In this document: piece by piece, positions 28,675 through 37,340 of the stretch
How positions within the stretch are numbered: the stretch's first letter is position 1
How the letters are laid out: every line of letters starts with the position of its first letter
Source of the DNA: a virus
Taxonomy: Duplodnaviria > Caudoviricetes
IMG/VR virus record: IMGVR_UViG_3300031820_000003
Span: 1 to 64,000 of that record
Reading direction: 5' to 3' (one strand)
Length of the DNA stretch: 64,000 bases
Notes under the pieces: generated by a model
Database searches by the model: none
What the model saw: the letters and a program-made list of their open reading frames with translations, nothing else
What the model was told of the DNA's origin: nothing
Translations under genes and position numbers: made by a program

Positions 28675-29258
28675 GCGGTCAGCCCCACCTCGCGCACCGA
28701 CATCAGCCGCGAACGTGCCGCCAGCAGAATGGGGAGAATCTTCGCGTCCATCCCGTCCTCGCCCTCGTCCGAATCCATTTCCGGCTCATAGGGCCCCGTA
28801 TAGAGATCAGGCGGCACCGTCTCAGGCGAGAGCCGCGCCGCCTCGTCCCCCGAGATCAGCGTCGCCCACTCATCCTCATAAGCCACGATATCATCGTCCG
28901 ACCAGCCATCCAGCTTGAGCAGCATATGCTCATACCCGGTCGCCCACCAATGCGCCGACTTGGCCCCCGGCCCCACCCAATACTTGAGCCCAAGCCTGGT
29001 CATGAGCCACCACTCGATGCCCTCATGGCCATTCACATACCGGTCCGGCTCGACCCCCATCTTGAACCGCAGCGGCGTCCCCTCGTCCGCATAAGTCATG
29101 CCGCCGTCCATCGAGCGACCTGCCCCATAAGGCACCAGAAACCGCCGGCTCACGATCGGCGGCCGCACAAGAAAATTGCGCAGCCCAACCTCGCGCTGAA
29201 TGAGCCTAATGACCGCCGATACCGGCGCCGCATCAGTATGGCGATGGCCCGCGCTCAT
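28671..29258 (-). CDS. HExxE...H putative metalloenzyme (zincin-like)
   Basis: NGHEGIEWWLM..LKY...AH..A..YE motif. Confidence 0.45.
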   Translation of the reverse strand: MSAGHRHTDAAPVSAVIRLIQREVGLRNFLVRPPIVSRRFLVPYGAGRSMDGGMTYADEGTPLRFKMGVEPDRYVNGHEGIEWWLMTRLGLKYWVGPGAKSAHWWATGYEHMLLKLDGWSDDDIVAYEDEWATLISGDEAARLSPETVPPDLYTGPYEPEMDSDEGEDGMDAKILPILLAARSRLMSVREVGLTA

Positions 29259-29389
29259 GAGCGCGCTCTCAACATCGCATTGAGGATGCGGAGCGATTCC
29301 CGAGAAGTCAGCATCCAGCCATTGACCATCAGCACAGGACGCCCGATCCTGTTCCAGGCCATGAAAATTCCGTAGGGAAAATCGCTCAT
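29255..29389 (-). CDS. Hypothetical 44-aa protein
   Basis: MSDFPYGIFMAWNRIGRPVLMVNGW...; stop overlaps the next start. Confidence 0.4.
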   Translation of the reverse strand: MSDFPYGIFMAWNRIGRPVLMVNGWMLTSRESLRILNAMLRARS

Positions 29390-29393
29390 CGCA

Positions 29394-29615
29394 TCATCTC
29401 ACGATCACCTTCATGTCATCCCGATCAAACAAATTGCAGCACCACGTCGCATCAACCTTCCGTCCCTTCAGCCGGCGATTCCCGTTCTGACAAAACCCGC
29501 CACCCGCCCGGTCAAACCACTCGCAGTTCCCACATTGGAAAACAACACCAGACGTATTCTCAGCAAGCCCGATCGGCATCGCCTTCGTATCACCGCGCTC
29601 GTCATCCGCAGCCAT
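29394..29615 (-). CDS. Small Cys-motif protein, HiPIP-like
   Basis: CGNCEWF..C..V...WCC..F; TGATG-coupled start. Confidence 0.5.
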   Translation of the reverse strand: MAADDERGDTKAMPIGLAENTSGVVFQCGNCEWFDRAGGGFCQNGNRRLKGRKVDATWCCNLFDRDDMKVIVR

Positions 29616-29983
29616 CAGTGCCGCTCTATGCTCGGCATGAACGGCAACCAAGGCCGATCAGGCTCCTTCAAGATAGCCCGCGCCGGTACCCGCAGCCGCT
29701 CCATCTTCGCACAGTGCTTCACTATCAACTCCTCATCACGCTGCGTATACGGCGCTATCTCCACCCCCTTGCGCGACATCCGACAAAACAACTTCACCTG
29801 TATCAACTGCGCTCCCTGCTCCTCATTCGGAGACAAATCCGCAAAATACCCCTCCCGCAATATAAACGACTTCACAGGACCAATCTTCGCAAAATTCTGC
29901 GCCCAAGCCGCTATCTCCAAATCATAGCGCGCCAGAAAATATTCCGGAATCCGATCATGCTTCACCCGACCAACCGTGATCAT
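29615..29983 (-). CDS. Hypothetical protein
   Basis: 122-aa coupled ORF. Confidence 0.55.
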   Translation of the reverse strand: MITVGRVKHDRIPEYFLARYDLEIAAWAQNFAKIGPVKSFILREGYFADLSPNEEQGAQLIQVKLFCRMSRKGVEIAPYTQRDEELIVKHCAKMERLRVPARAILKEPDRPWLPFMPSIERH

Positions 29984-30186
29984 AACACCCTCACAACATC
30001 AAGCGAGGCCACAACATTGCGCCCAAAACTGTCAATCCCAAGCGAAAACTGTACCCGCATCCCACACCGGTTCGCCTCGTCCATGACCGCGGCAACTTCA
30101 GTAAGCGCCTCCCGAATCCGCGCCTTGAGATCAGCCGCAACATCGCGGTCAGATCGCCCAGTCGAAGCAAGCGTCAGCTCAGTCAT
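29980..30186 (-). CDS. Hypothetical protein
   Basis: ORF MTELTLA..., coupled to the downstream gene. Confidence 0.55.
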   Translation of the reverse strand: MTELTLASTGRSDRDVAADLKARIREALTEVAAVMDEANRCGMRVQFSLGIDSFGRNVVASLDVVRVL

Positions 30187-30239
30187 GTCAGCCCCAATGT
30201 CGAATACCCCAAAATATTCCAGGCCAGAACTTTTACAGA

Positions 30240-30420
30240 GCAGAGCTGGGCAGGACCGGAGCAATCAAGGGCAGGAATGTGCGGGGGTGGATCAGGAGCT
30301 CGACGACGTCGCCGGTTTTTCCCCCCGGCCCTCCCGTGCACAGATTTGCTGAGACGCACCGTCACTTGTCATCCACCATCTGATCGAGATGGTGACGCCC
30401 TTGATCAATCAACAACTTTT
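30240..30420. other. Candidate packaging-initiation (pac) or genome-terminus region
   Basis: G-run/C-run tracts just downstream of terS and an abrupt inversion of G/C strand skew. Confidence 0.45.
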
Positions 30421-30865
30421 CGTTTGTTTGTGTCACTGGCTGTGAAACGATCTGAATGACCAGACCAGGCATGGTGTGACTTGTGCCTGATCTGCCTGCA
30501 TTATCAGCCGCCATGCCGTCAATGAACCGCATTGCGCCAAGCTTGGCCATCTCGTTGGTTGATTCGTTGCGCATGCGCCTGGCGTGATGAATGTTCTGCG
30601 CACTCACGTAAGCATGAAGCATCTCCCTTTCCCGCTTCATGAATGCGACGACATGGGGTCGGTACAGTGCACACCGAACAGCATGGGTTGTCATTCCTGC
30701 GGCTTGTGCAGCCACATCAAGCTCTTGACCTTCCCAGACAATTGCCTTGAGTGCGGCCGCCAATTTACGGCCGATCCTGCCACCCTTGCGGCGATCTATT
30801 TGTGCTGGGGCTGGACTGGCCTTGCGCGGCACCGGGACGGCGCTGGACAGGTCGGTATTGGTCAT
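30362..30865 (-). CDS. terS: Probable terminase small subunit
   Basis: N-terminal HTH (LDVAAQAAGMTTHAVRCAL), C-terminal PGLVIQIV; first gene of the late operon. Confidence 0.6.
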   Translation of the reverse strand: MTNTDLSSAVPVPRKASPAPAQIDRRKGGRIGRKLAAALKAIVWEGQELDVAAQAAGMTTHAVRCALYRPHVVAFMKREREMLHAYVSAQNIHHARRMRNESTNEMAKLGAMRFIDGMAADNAGRSGTSHTMPGLVIQIVSQPVTQTNEKLLIDQGRHHLDQMVDDK

Positions 30866-31042
30866 GGTGGTGGAAGTTGGGGTGCGGCGGTGTGTGATAG
30901 CAACGCACAATGGGTGGGTAGCACATCGCTGCGCGCGTTGCGCTTGCTCGTGAAGAACGGCTGTCTGTGGCGAGCTTTGTTTTTCTTATAGGGGAAGCCT
31001 TGAAATCATTGTGGAATTGGATTTGGCCATTGCTCACTAAAA

Positions 31043-31092
31043 GATAGCATTGGGGGTGCGTTGCGAATGCGCACAGAATGATAGCATTGGGG
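31043..31092 (+). promoter_or_regulatory. 13-bp direct repeat GATAGCATTGGGG x2 in the terS upstream region
   Basis: Copies at 31043-31055 and 31080-31092; GATAGCA also near 30896. Confidence 0.45.
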
Positions 31093-31117
31093 AGGGGTGG
31101 CGAGGGCTGGACATCCC

Positions 31118-31372
31118 ATGCGCTCGCGGGCGCTCCGACTGATGCGATCTGGCCTGGCGACGCCTGGTGAGATTGCCCGGGCGTTGGGGGTGTCGCGGCT
31201 CCTGGTCATGAACTGGAGGGCGAGGGCGGGCATTGATACGGCGGCGGCTCGAGCCGCTCATGTGCGGCGCCTGATGCTGCGGGGGACTGACCATGGTGAG
31301 CACAAGGGGGCAAACGGATCAGCGGCTGCGGCACCATTGCCTGCCGATCGTGAAGCTATCGGTCCGGTGTGA
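31118..31372 (+). CDS. HTH DNA-binding protein, divergent from terS
   Basis: ATPGEIARALGVSRLLVMNW helix-turn-helix. Confidence 0.65.
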   Translation: MRSRALRLMRSGLATPGEIARALGVSRLLVMNWRARAGIDTAAARAAHVRRLMLRGTDHGEHKGANGSAAAAPLPADREAIGPV

Positions 31373-31493
31373 GAGCTGCGGGCATCAGGCCATTGTCGCG
31401 GTGCCGATGCGCGGATCGCGCTATCCTGAGCTCTATTGCGGGTGGTGCGGCGATCGTGAGCCGCTGGTCGAGCCGGTGCGCCACAAGCTCTGA
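31293..31493 (+). CDS. Zinc-ribbon protein
   Basis: CESC...CGWC motif; start uncertain. Confidence 0.5.
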   Translation: MVSTRGQTDQRLRHHCLPIVKLSVRCESCGHQAIVAVPMRGSRYPELYCGWCGDREPLVEPVRHKL

Positions 31494-31614
31494 TCGCCCC
31501 TGCCACTTATCGTGGCGGCGAGCATAACCGCCATGGCGGTGCGGATTTGTGCCAATCATTCCGGCCATGGCCTTGCTTGCCCGCCGCGCGCTGACTTCAT
31601 CAAACCATCTGGTT

Positions 31615-32151
31615 TCATCGCGATTGCGGGCATTTTTGGCATTTTGCACCTTGTTTCGCGGCCTTCTTCGCTGCATTCCAATTGATCGGTTGTTGAGCCA
31701 AGCGGCGCTTGGCTTGACGCGCACGACCAGCTGCACGAGCCAATCTCTTGATTTCCCTAGCGGGCAATTTGAACCGCGCCTGACCACCCTTTCGGCCGAT
31801 CGCCTTCATGTGCCGTCTGCTTAGTTCAATGGTCACCGTTCCGCTACGCACAAGCCGTTCGTCGCGTTTCTGCACGCGGTTTCCATACCGGCGGACAGCT
31901 TCCTCATCGACGACCGCAATGAACTTGATCTGCAGGACACCGAGCACCGCCCCCATGGAGCGCATCCCGATGCGCCGGACCGGACGGGGTCCAAGCAGCT
32001 TGGACAGATACCGGTCCGGCAGGCCGCTGAGCTTGGCCGTCTCCTCGCCGCTGCGGTTGATGTGCAGGTCGTTGGCGCGCTCCCGCAGGATTCGCATCAT
32101 GGAGGGATAGTCGGTCACTTCACCGAGCACCCCCGCCCCCTCTACCCCCAT
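31615..32151 (-). CDS. XRE-like HTH protein with a basic KGG tail
   Basis: TAKLSGLPDRYLSKLL and IGRKGGQAR. Confidence 0.55.
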   Translation of the reverse strand: MGVEGAGVLGEVTDYPSMMRILRERANDLHINRSGEETAKLSGLPDRYLSKLLGPRPVRRIGMRSMGAVLGVLQIKFIAVVDEEAVRRYGNRVQKRDERLVRSGTVTIELSRRHMKAIGRKGGQARFKLPAREIKRLARAAGRARQAKRRLAQQPINWNAAKKAAKQGAKCQKCPQSR

Positions 32152-32169
32152 CGGCTTGGCCTCCCGAAC

Positions 32170-32580
32170 CTATCGACTGCCCGGGCCCGGAAAGGGCGGC
32201 TTGGGTGCCGCACCCCCAGGAGCGGCTACGGACGTCGCTGGTGCGGGTATCGTGGCGGCCTTGGGTAGCCCACCCCCGTTAGGCGCGGGCGTATCCTTGA
32301 CGGCTCCTGGCGAGTCTGAGGAGCCGCCGGAGATAGGAGGGCCGCCATTGTCCCCCATCAGGGCCTGGTCCACCGCATCGAGAGCCTCGTCGAGCTCGTC
32401 CACAGCACCGCCCACCACGTCGACCTTGGATTCAGCCTTGGCGATGACGGTATCCACTTTGTCGCGAACCGCGCCCATCTTCTTGGAAATGACATCGCGA
32501 GCCTTTCCTTCCGCGTATTCGACCAGCTTGTCGAGCTCGCCGGTCAGCGCCTGGAGATTGGTGAACTTGAGGGCCATCAA
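32170..32580 (-). CDS. Hypothetical coiled-coil/Pro-rich protein
   Basis: 136-aa ORF in a coupled run. Confidence 0.55.
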   Translation of the reverse strand: MMALKFTNLQALTGELDKLVEYAEGKARDVISKKMGAVRDKVDTVIAKAESKVDVVGGAVDELDEALDAVDQALMGDNGGPPISGGSSDSPGAVKDTPAPNGGGLPKAATIPAPATSVAAPGGAAPKPPFPGPGSR

Positions 32581-32972
32581 TTCACCTCCAGTCGGGCTAA
32601 AGGGCGCGCGTCCTCATAGGGCTTCATCTCCGCGTCGACAATGGACTGGCGAGCACGGGCCGCCATCTTGCTGCGCCGTGCCTTCAAGGCCTCGAGCTCG
32701 TCCTCCGCGTCCTTGGCCACCGTCTCGAGCTGAATCCGATATTCCAGGTTCTGCTGGGTCAGGTGATCGCAGCGCAAGTTGGCCGCCGTACATTCGGCCC
32801 GGTAATGATCAGCCTCGCGGCCGGCCACTTCCAGCGCTGTCTCGAGCTGGTGCACCTTTTCCAGCAGCTGCGCATTCTCGTCGCGCACCCGCAACAGGTC
32901 GGCGACGTCCTCCAGAATCCTCAATCCTTGCTCGCGTGCGCTCATCCGTTCCTCCATATCGATTGATGCCAC
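32577..32972 (-). CDS. Coiled-coil protein
   Basis: Heptad pattern; coupled stop/start. Confidence 0.55.
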   Translation of the reverse strand: MASIDMEERMSAREQGLRILEDVADLLRVRDENAQLLEKVHQLETALEVAGREADHYRAECTAANLRCDHLTQQNLEYRIQLETVAKDAEDELEALKARRSKMAARARQSIVDAEMKPYEDARPLARLEVN

Positions 32973-33111
32973 GTCGTTTGGCCATCTGATAAATCGTGCT
33001 CTTAACCAGCCCGTAGATACGGGCCAGCTCCATCACATTCTCGCCGGCGCGGTACCGCCGCATCAGGTCGCGGCGCTGCTGCGCGGTCAGCCGCCATGGA
33101 CGCGTGCTCAT
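32809..33111 (-). CDS. Small HTH protein
   Basis: VMELARIYGLVKSTIYQMA. Confidence 0.5.
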   Translation of the reverse strand: MSTRPWRLTAQQRRDLMRRYRAGENVMELARIYGLVKSTIYQMAKRRGINRYGGTDERTRARIEDSGGRRRPVAGARRECAAAGKGAPARDSAGSGRPRG

Positions 33112-33308
33112 CCGGCGGCCGCACCGTATCCGACCTCCCGCTTCACCTCACGCCACAGAGCTTCCGTATCTGGCGGAAATACCAGCTGCGAAAACGGCCC
33201 CTCGATCTTGAACGGACCGGGCGCACCAGCTTGCCCGATGTAGCTTTGCGCAGCCTCGCGCGTCGAGCCCATGGCGCAGACAACACCGTCATAAATCACC
33301 ACGTACAT
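33108..33308 (-). CDS. Hypothetical protein
   Basis: 66-aa coupled ORF. Confidence 0.5.
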   Translation of the reverse strand: MYVVIYDGVVCAMGSTREAAQSYIGQAGAPGPFKIEGPFSQLVFPPDTEALWREVKREVGYGAAAG

Positions 33309-33319
33309 TGCCTATCTCC

Positions 33320-33541
33320 TCACTTGATCCCTGGAATGTTGATGCTGACACCCGCCAGCATGTGCAGCAGCGGAATGACCACGTAGAACAGGACAATCGC
33401 CACCACGAGGATGATCAGCAGCACGTCGATGATCTGCCGGAATATCGGCTCGAGCGGGATAAGACCGACAATCTGCCGCACAGCCCAGAACACAAAGCCG
33501 GCGATGAGCAGCGCGATGATGATCTGGATGATGATGGTCAT
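33320..33541 (-). CDS. Small two-TM membrane protein
   Basis: Two long hydrophobic helices. Confidence 0.65.
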   Translation of the reverse strand: MTIIIQIIIALLIAGFVFWAVRQIVGLIPLEPIFRQIIDVLLIILVVAIVLFYVVIPLLHMLAGVSINIPGIK

Positions 33542-34038
33542 GCCTTTTCCCTTCCAGGCTCGAACCGTCCGATTGGACGGCCATATCGCTTAACCGCATC
33601 GTCATAATTGCTCAGAATCGTCCCCGGCGGATGCTTGCCGTCAGGTCCGGGCGCTGGGTCAGGCGGAACAGGTCGCCGCACCGGCCGAGATGGTGGCGGC
33701 AGCGATCGATATTTGGCAAACCGCGCTTTCTCGTTGATCAGCGCATCACAAAATTCCTTCACCTCCCCGGAATTCGGCATGAAGGCTGCAAACTTCGGTT
33801 TCGATTGAATACCGGTGCGCGGGTCAGTGGCCTCGCGAATAATATCGGGCTCATACATCGCCAATACTGCAGCGATAGCAGCGACATACGTATCAGGATC
33901 GTTCGCGTCACCCCTTCGGTATGAGCCCAATAATAGCTTGGCCCGTTCCGTCGCGTAGGTCGCTCGGGGCTGGCTCGTCGAATGCTCGGACACGGTCGAG
34001 GAGATCGTCGCACGCTTCCATGATTGTTCGCTTGCCAT
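33538..34038 (-). CDS. Replication-associated protein (helicase-loader position)
   Basis: Follows the initiator; VL..Y...DP..GI..F.P..GEV..FC pattern. Confidence 0.5.
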   Translation of the reverse strand: MASEQSWKRATISSTVSEHSTSQPRATYATERAKLLLGSYRRGDANDPDTYVAAIAAVLAMYEPDIIREATDPRTGIQSKPKFAAFMPNSGEVKEFCDALINEKARFAKYRSLPPPSRPVRRPVPPDPAPGPDGKHPPGTILSNYDDAVKRYGRPIGRFEPGREKA

Positions 34039-34525
34039 TGACCTTTAGCCCCTCTGCCGCCTTACGAATCCAATTGCGCCACGTTGCTGACCAATCAGCC
34101 TTGCGCGCATTCGGACCAGCACGCGCCTGCCAGTAGTCCTTGAATTTCGAGAGCTCGCTCGTCGTTCGAGCGCCGCCAATCGCGGTCTCCGCAAAATTGA
34201 GATCGTTCTGCGATGGAAACCAGTCAGGGGGAATTCGGGCGCCGACCGACGGTACCCGCCGTGAAACAATCTCCTCTTTAGTACTCTGAGAGTCAGTAGG
34301 AGGAGGAAGTTCTTTATATGCACTCTTCCTCGAATTCCGCTTTCTTTCCCGGTCGTAGGCCCTTCGTCTTTCGGCCGCCGTATCCACCGGAATTCCGGTG
34401 GATGTCCGGTGGAATTCCGCGGACTCTTGCGCGTGCTGTTGGGCCAGATCGACTATGCGTGCTGTGACGTCCGGTGGAATTCCGGTGGACAAAAGATAGG
34501 ACACGAGGTCGGCAATGGCGCTCAA
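33908..34525 (-). CDS. Replication initiator (O-like)
   Basis: RIPPDW.PS, FKDYW..KADWSATWRNW C-terminal motif. Confidence 0.7.
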   Translation of the reverse strand: MSAIADLVSYLLSTGIPPDVTARIVDLAQQHAQESAEFHRTSTGIPVDTAAERRRAYDRERKRNSRKSAYKELPPPTDSQSTKEEIVSRRVPSVGARIPPDWFPSQNDLNFAETAIGGARTTSELSKFKDYWQARAGPNARKADWSATWRNWIRKAAEGLKVNGKRTIMEACDDLLDRVRAFDEPAPSDLRDGTGQAIIGLIPKG

Positions 34526-34689
34526 GCGGCGCGCTCCTCACCGGCCCGATCGGCCATTTCGTCTTGGATGATCTCGCGCATGATGGCCTCAATCACCTTT
34601 GACTTGCTCGGCTTGCGCGCCGCTTTGCGCATGCGCTCGATCGAGGCGACTTCCTCATCGGTGAATTCGCAGACGATGAATCTCTTCAT
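34522..34689 (-). CDS. Small ribbon-helix-helix-like protein (55 aa)
   Basis: MKRFIVCEFTDEEVASIERMR..SKSKVIEAIMREII. Confidence 0.5.
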   Translation of the reverse strand: MKRFIVCEFTDEEVASIERMRKAARKPSKSKVIEAIMREIIQDEMADRAGEERAA

Positions 34690-34907
34690 GGCAGGTTCAC
34701 CTTTGCCAGCGTGATAGGAGCCTTTCCCTTGCGCCGCGTGTTCTGCCAGGTGATCATCGACCGCCGGCGCACGTCGTCCGGCTGCGCGCCGATGCAGCGC
34801 TTGCCGTCACTGGGGAATGTCGGGGTGTCCTTGGATGGCATGGGCCGGGGGCTGCGGCGTGCCTGCCTCTCCCGTTGCTGGCTGCGATTGAGCTGGACGA
34901 CGCTCAT
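34686..34907 (-). CDS. Hypothetical basic protein
   Basis: ORF coupled on both sides. Confidence 0.45.
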   Translation of the reverse strand: MSVVQLNRSQQRERQARRSPRPMPSKDTPTFPSDGKRCIGAQPDDVRRRSMITWQNTRRKGKAPITLAKVNLP

Positions 34908-35380
34908 CGGACGACCTTCACCTTGGTCCCGGGATAAGCGGCCTCGACCAGCTTGCGCTTGATCCTGGATAGGGGAGTGTCCTTGCCTTTCACGTCGTCG
35001 AGAGCGCGTCTGACGTGATCTTTCTTGGCGCCAAGGATTTCCCAATAGCGGAAATCCAAGATCACCTTGCAGATGTGCTTGCCGTTGATGGCGATCGGAT
35101 AGGAGGGCTGAATCTCAATGTCGCGGACGCGGCCGGCCCGCTCGAGTAGCTTCAGCCCATCGTAGTATTCGGCTTCACGCTTGCTGGCGAACAGATGGGG
35201 CTTGCCGTTGACTATGCGGGTGCGCTCGGCCTTGCCAGCAACGCTGTTGTCGACGCCGTATTTGCTGCGCGTGTTGCCGCCCTTCTGGCGAGCGGCCATC
35301 ATCTTGCGATACTCCGCGCGGGACAGCGGAGCGCCGAATGGCCGATCAATCATCGACGGTATGTTGCTTCTGTCATTCAT
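34904..35380 (-). CDS. PD-(D/E)xK endonuclease, DUF1064-like
   Basis: SKYG, FASKREAEYY, QPSY, DF.Y, DVKG..T..IKRKL. Confidence 0.8.
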   Translation of the reverse strand: MNDRSNIPSMIDRPFGAPLSRAEYRKMMAARQKGGNTRSKYGVDNSVAGKAERTRIVNGKPHLFASKREAEYYDGLKLLERAGRVRDIEIQPSYPIAINGKHICKVILDFRYWEILGAKKDHVRRALDDVKGKDTPLSRIKRKLVEAAYPGTKVKVVR

Positions 35381-35390
35381 CGGACTGAGG

Positions 35391-35588
35391 TTATTCCCGT
35401 ATATCCAGCGTGGTATTTCCACCCGATTGACGGTCGATTCTCACGCAAGGATAAAACTGCCCCCATGTCGTGTTCAGCAAAACCGCGTCAGTATTGTTGC
35501 CGTTTATATTTTTGTCGCACGACTGACACACGCACTTGTATTCAGACACCAGTTGGCGGATACATTTCCCCCGGGCGCATAAAAACAA
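35391..35588 (-). CDS. Zinc-finger protein
   Basis: C.CQSC...YPC motif. Confidence 0.4.
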   Translation of the reverse strand: MFLCARGKCIRQLVSEYKCVCQSCDKNINGNNTDAVLLNTTWGQFYPCVRIDRQSGGNTTLDIRE

Positions 35589-35623
35589 TCAACAGTCGGG
35601 GGTTGCGTAATGGGTACCGTGAT

Positions 35624-35839
35624 TCACTGGGCTGCCTCGCGCGGCCGCAAAAAAGCGTCCATCGGAACTTCACTCCCAGATACCTCGCTCAACCGCTTCG
35701 CCAAGCCCAAGGACGCTTCCTTGCGGCCGGCGAAGATGTTGCGAAGGTGCCATTCGGAGCAGCCAACCGTAGCGGCCAGGACGGAAACGGTCATTCCCTT
35801 GCCGTTGGCCCAACGTAGCATCGGGTGCAAATCAGACAT
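35624..35839 (-). CDS. cro: Cro-like repressor
   Basis: VSVLAATVGCSEWHLRNI HTH; divergent from cI. Confidence 0.8.
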   Translation of the reverse strand: MSDLHPMLRWANGKGMTVSVLAATVGCSEWHLRNIFAGRKEASLGLAKRLSEVSGSEVPMDAFLRPREAAQ

Positions 35840-35849
35840 GGGGCGGAGT

Positions 35850-35900
35850 ATTCCCACTAGGAATGGCGAAAGTCAACCCGAAATATTCCTCGAAGGAATA
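35850..35900. promoter_or_regulatory. OR-like operators ATTCC-N5-GGAAT x2 with the cro promoter
   Basis: Sites 35850-35864 and 35885-35899; minus-strand TTGACT at 35872-35877. Confidence 0.8.
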
Positions 35901-35933
35901 GGCCGTTTTCAGAATGACTTAGTAGAGTCGGCT

Positions 35934-36239
35934 ATGGCCAAGAAAGCGAAGCCAGAACTCTCTCAAATGCACCTTAAGGACTGGCTCGGATATTTTGAGC
36001 TCGGTCCGACAGCGGCAGCCAAGCACGCTGGATGCACACAGCCGTACATCTCCAATATGATGGCTGGACGCAGGACAAGCGTAAATGTCTTGTATTTGGT
36101 TAAACTTACCGAAGAAATAGGGATCACCGTCAACGATCTCTATCGGCCGGCGCCGACCAAGCTACAGCTCGCCCAGCTGCAGAGCTATTCGCCTCAGGCA
36201 CAGGCTACGATTCTCCAGCGCGCTCGCAAGAAGTCCTGA
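35934..36239 (+). CDS. cI: Short CI-like XRE repressor (no peptidase domain)
   Basis: PTAAAKHAGCTQPYISNM HTH; flanked by matching operators. Confidence 0.75.
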   Translation: MAKKAKPELSQMHLKDWLGYFELGPTAAAKHAGCTQPYISNMMAGRRTSVNVLYLVKLTEEIGITVNDLYRPAPTKLQLAQLQSYSPQAQATILQRARKKS

Positions 36240-36287
36240 CACTCGGCTGACGTCATTTCTGGCCGATATCGTTGCACGGGCTCAACT

Positions 36288-36337
36288 ATTCCTCCTAGGA
36301 ATATTTTGGTTGACAGTAGCCCATTCCTGTGAGAAAT
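36288..36337 (+). promoter_or_regulatory. OL-like operators x2 with a rightward promoter
   Basis: ATTCC-TCCTA-GGAAT 36288-36302, ATTCC-TGTGA-GAAAT 36323-36337, TTGACA 36310-36315 between them. Confidence 0.8.
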
Positions 36338-36468
36338 AGGTCCTCAGAGTGATTTGGAGGACTGCCCATGTACCGCGACCGTCTGTCCGACACTGACGTC
36401 TTCATCACCCTCATATCGGCCTTGGCCTTCCTCGCCTTTGCTGAGATCGCGGTCCTGCGGGTGCTGTC

Positions 36469-36687
36469 GTGACCGCCCGGACCAGGACTTTCGTACCGGC
36501 CGCCCAGCGCCCTACGGAGCTCGCTGACGAGACTTGCGATTGGGCTACTGCCCAGGCAGCCGAGATCATAAGCGACGCCTGGGACTACGCGCACGGGCGC
36601 CAGACCTATGTCCAGGTCAGGTCCGCCGTGGCCCAGCGCCTGCGCATGATCCGCGCCCGCGGCGAAGCGGCTGTGAGGCGGTCATGA
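36469..36687 (+). CDS. Hypothetical early protein
   Basis: 72-aa coupled ORF. Confidence 0.5.
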   Translation: MTARTRTFVPAAQRPTELADETCDWATAQAAEIISDAWDYAHGRQTYVQVRSAVAQRLRMIRARGEAAVRRS

Positions 36688-36866
36688 ACAGCGTCATCCC
36701 GTGCAAGAAAGGCGCCGAATGTAATTGGCCGGCATGTCCTCTCGACTGCCCAGAACGTCCAGGAGCCAACGTCAAAAGTTCTGCGCCATATGGCGATTGG
36801 TGTCGCGATCCTGATCTTTGCGCCGGCAAAGGCTACTGCCCGCGCGATCCAACATGTGGAGATTAG
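36684..36866 (+). CDS. Cys-rich microprotein (60 aa, 8 Cys)
   Basis: MNSVIPC..C..C..C..C..C..C..CGD; coupled start. Confidence 0.5.
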   Translation: MNSVIPCKKGAECNWPACPLDCPERPGANVKSSAPYGDWCRDPDLCAGKGYCPRDPTCGD

Positions 36867-36869
36867 GTC

Positions 36870-37055
36870 ATGAGCCGGCGTTTACCGACATTTTGCACCC
36901 ACGGCGAGTTCGAGCGGGCCTCGGAAGCCGAGCGCCGGGAATGGACAGCGCGGCTGCTGCGCAGGTGGGGTAGCGACGAGGCCCGCAAGCTCGACTTCGA
37001 TTGCCAGTCCGATTTCGACAGAACGGACAGCTCCAGACGATGGCCCGAGTCATGA
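36870..37055 (+). CDS. Hypothetical early protein
   Basis: 61-aa ORF. Confidence 0.5.
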   Translation: MSRRLPTFCTHGEFERASEAERREWTARLLRRWGSDEARKLDFDCQSDFDRTDSSRRWPES

Positions 37056-37255
37056 CCCGACCAATCAACCTTGAACGGCTTCACGAGGCGACGGATCAGC
37101 AGCTGGCTGATGCCTATGCGAGGGCATTGCAGCTTGCACACGATGCTCCGAAGGACATGCCGAATGAAGGCATGGCATCTCCGACATGGGCCGTTCGATC
37201 GCGCGAAGCGTTTCGCATCGGTGACGAGATTGCACGGCGCGAGAAAAACAAATGA
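37052..37255 (+). CDS. Hypothetical early protein
   Basis: Coupled ORF MTRPINLERL. Confidence 0.5.
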   Translation: MTRPINLERLHEATDQQLADAYARALQLAHDAPKDMPNEGMASPTWAVRSREAFRIGDEIARREKNK

Positions 37256-37340
37256 CCTGGATCATCGTAGGACTGATCGCACTACTGTGGTTCGCCGGCG
37301 CATTGGCTGTCTGGAAAATTTGCAGCATGGGGGCGGACTG

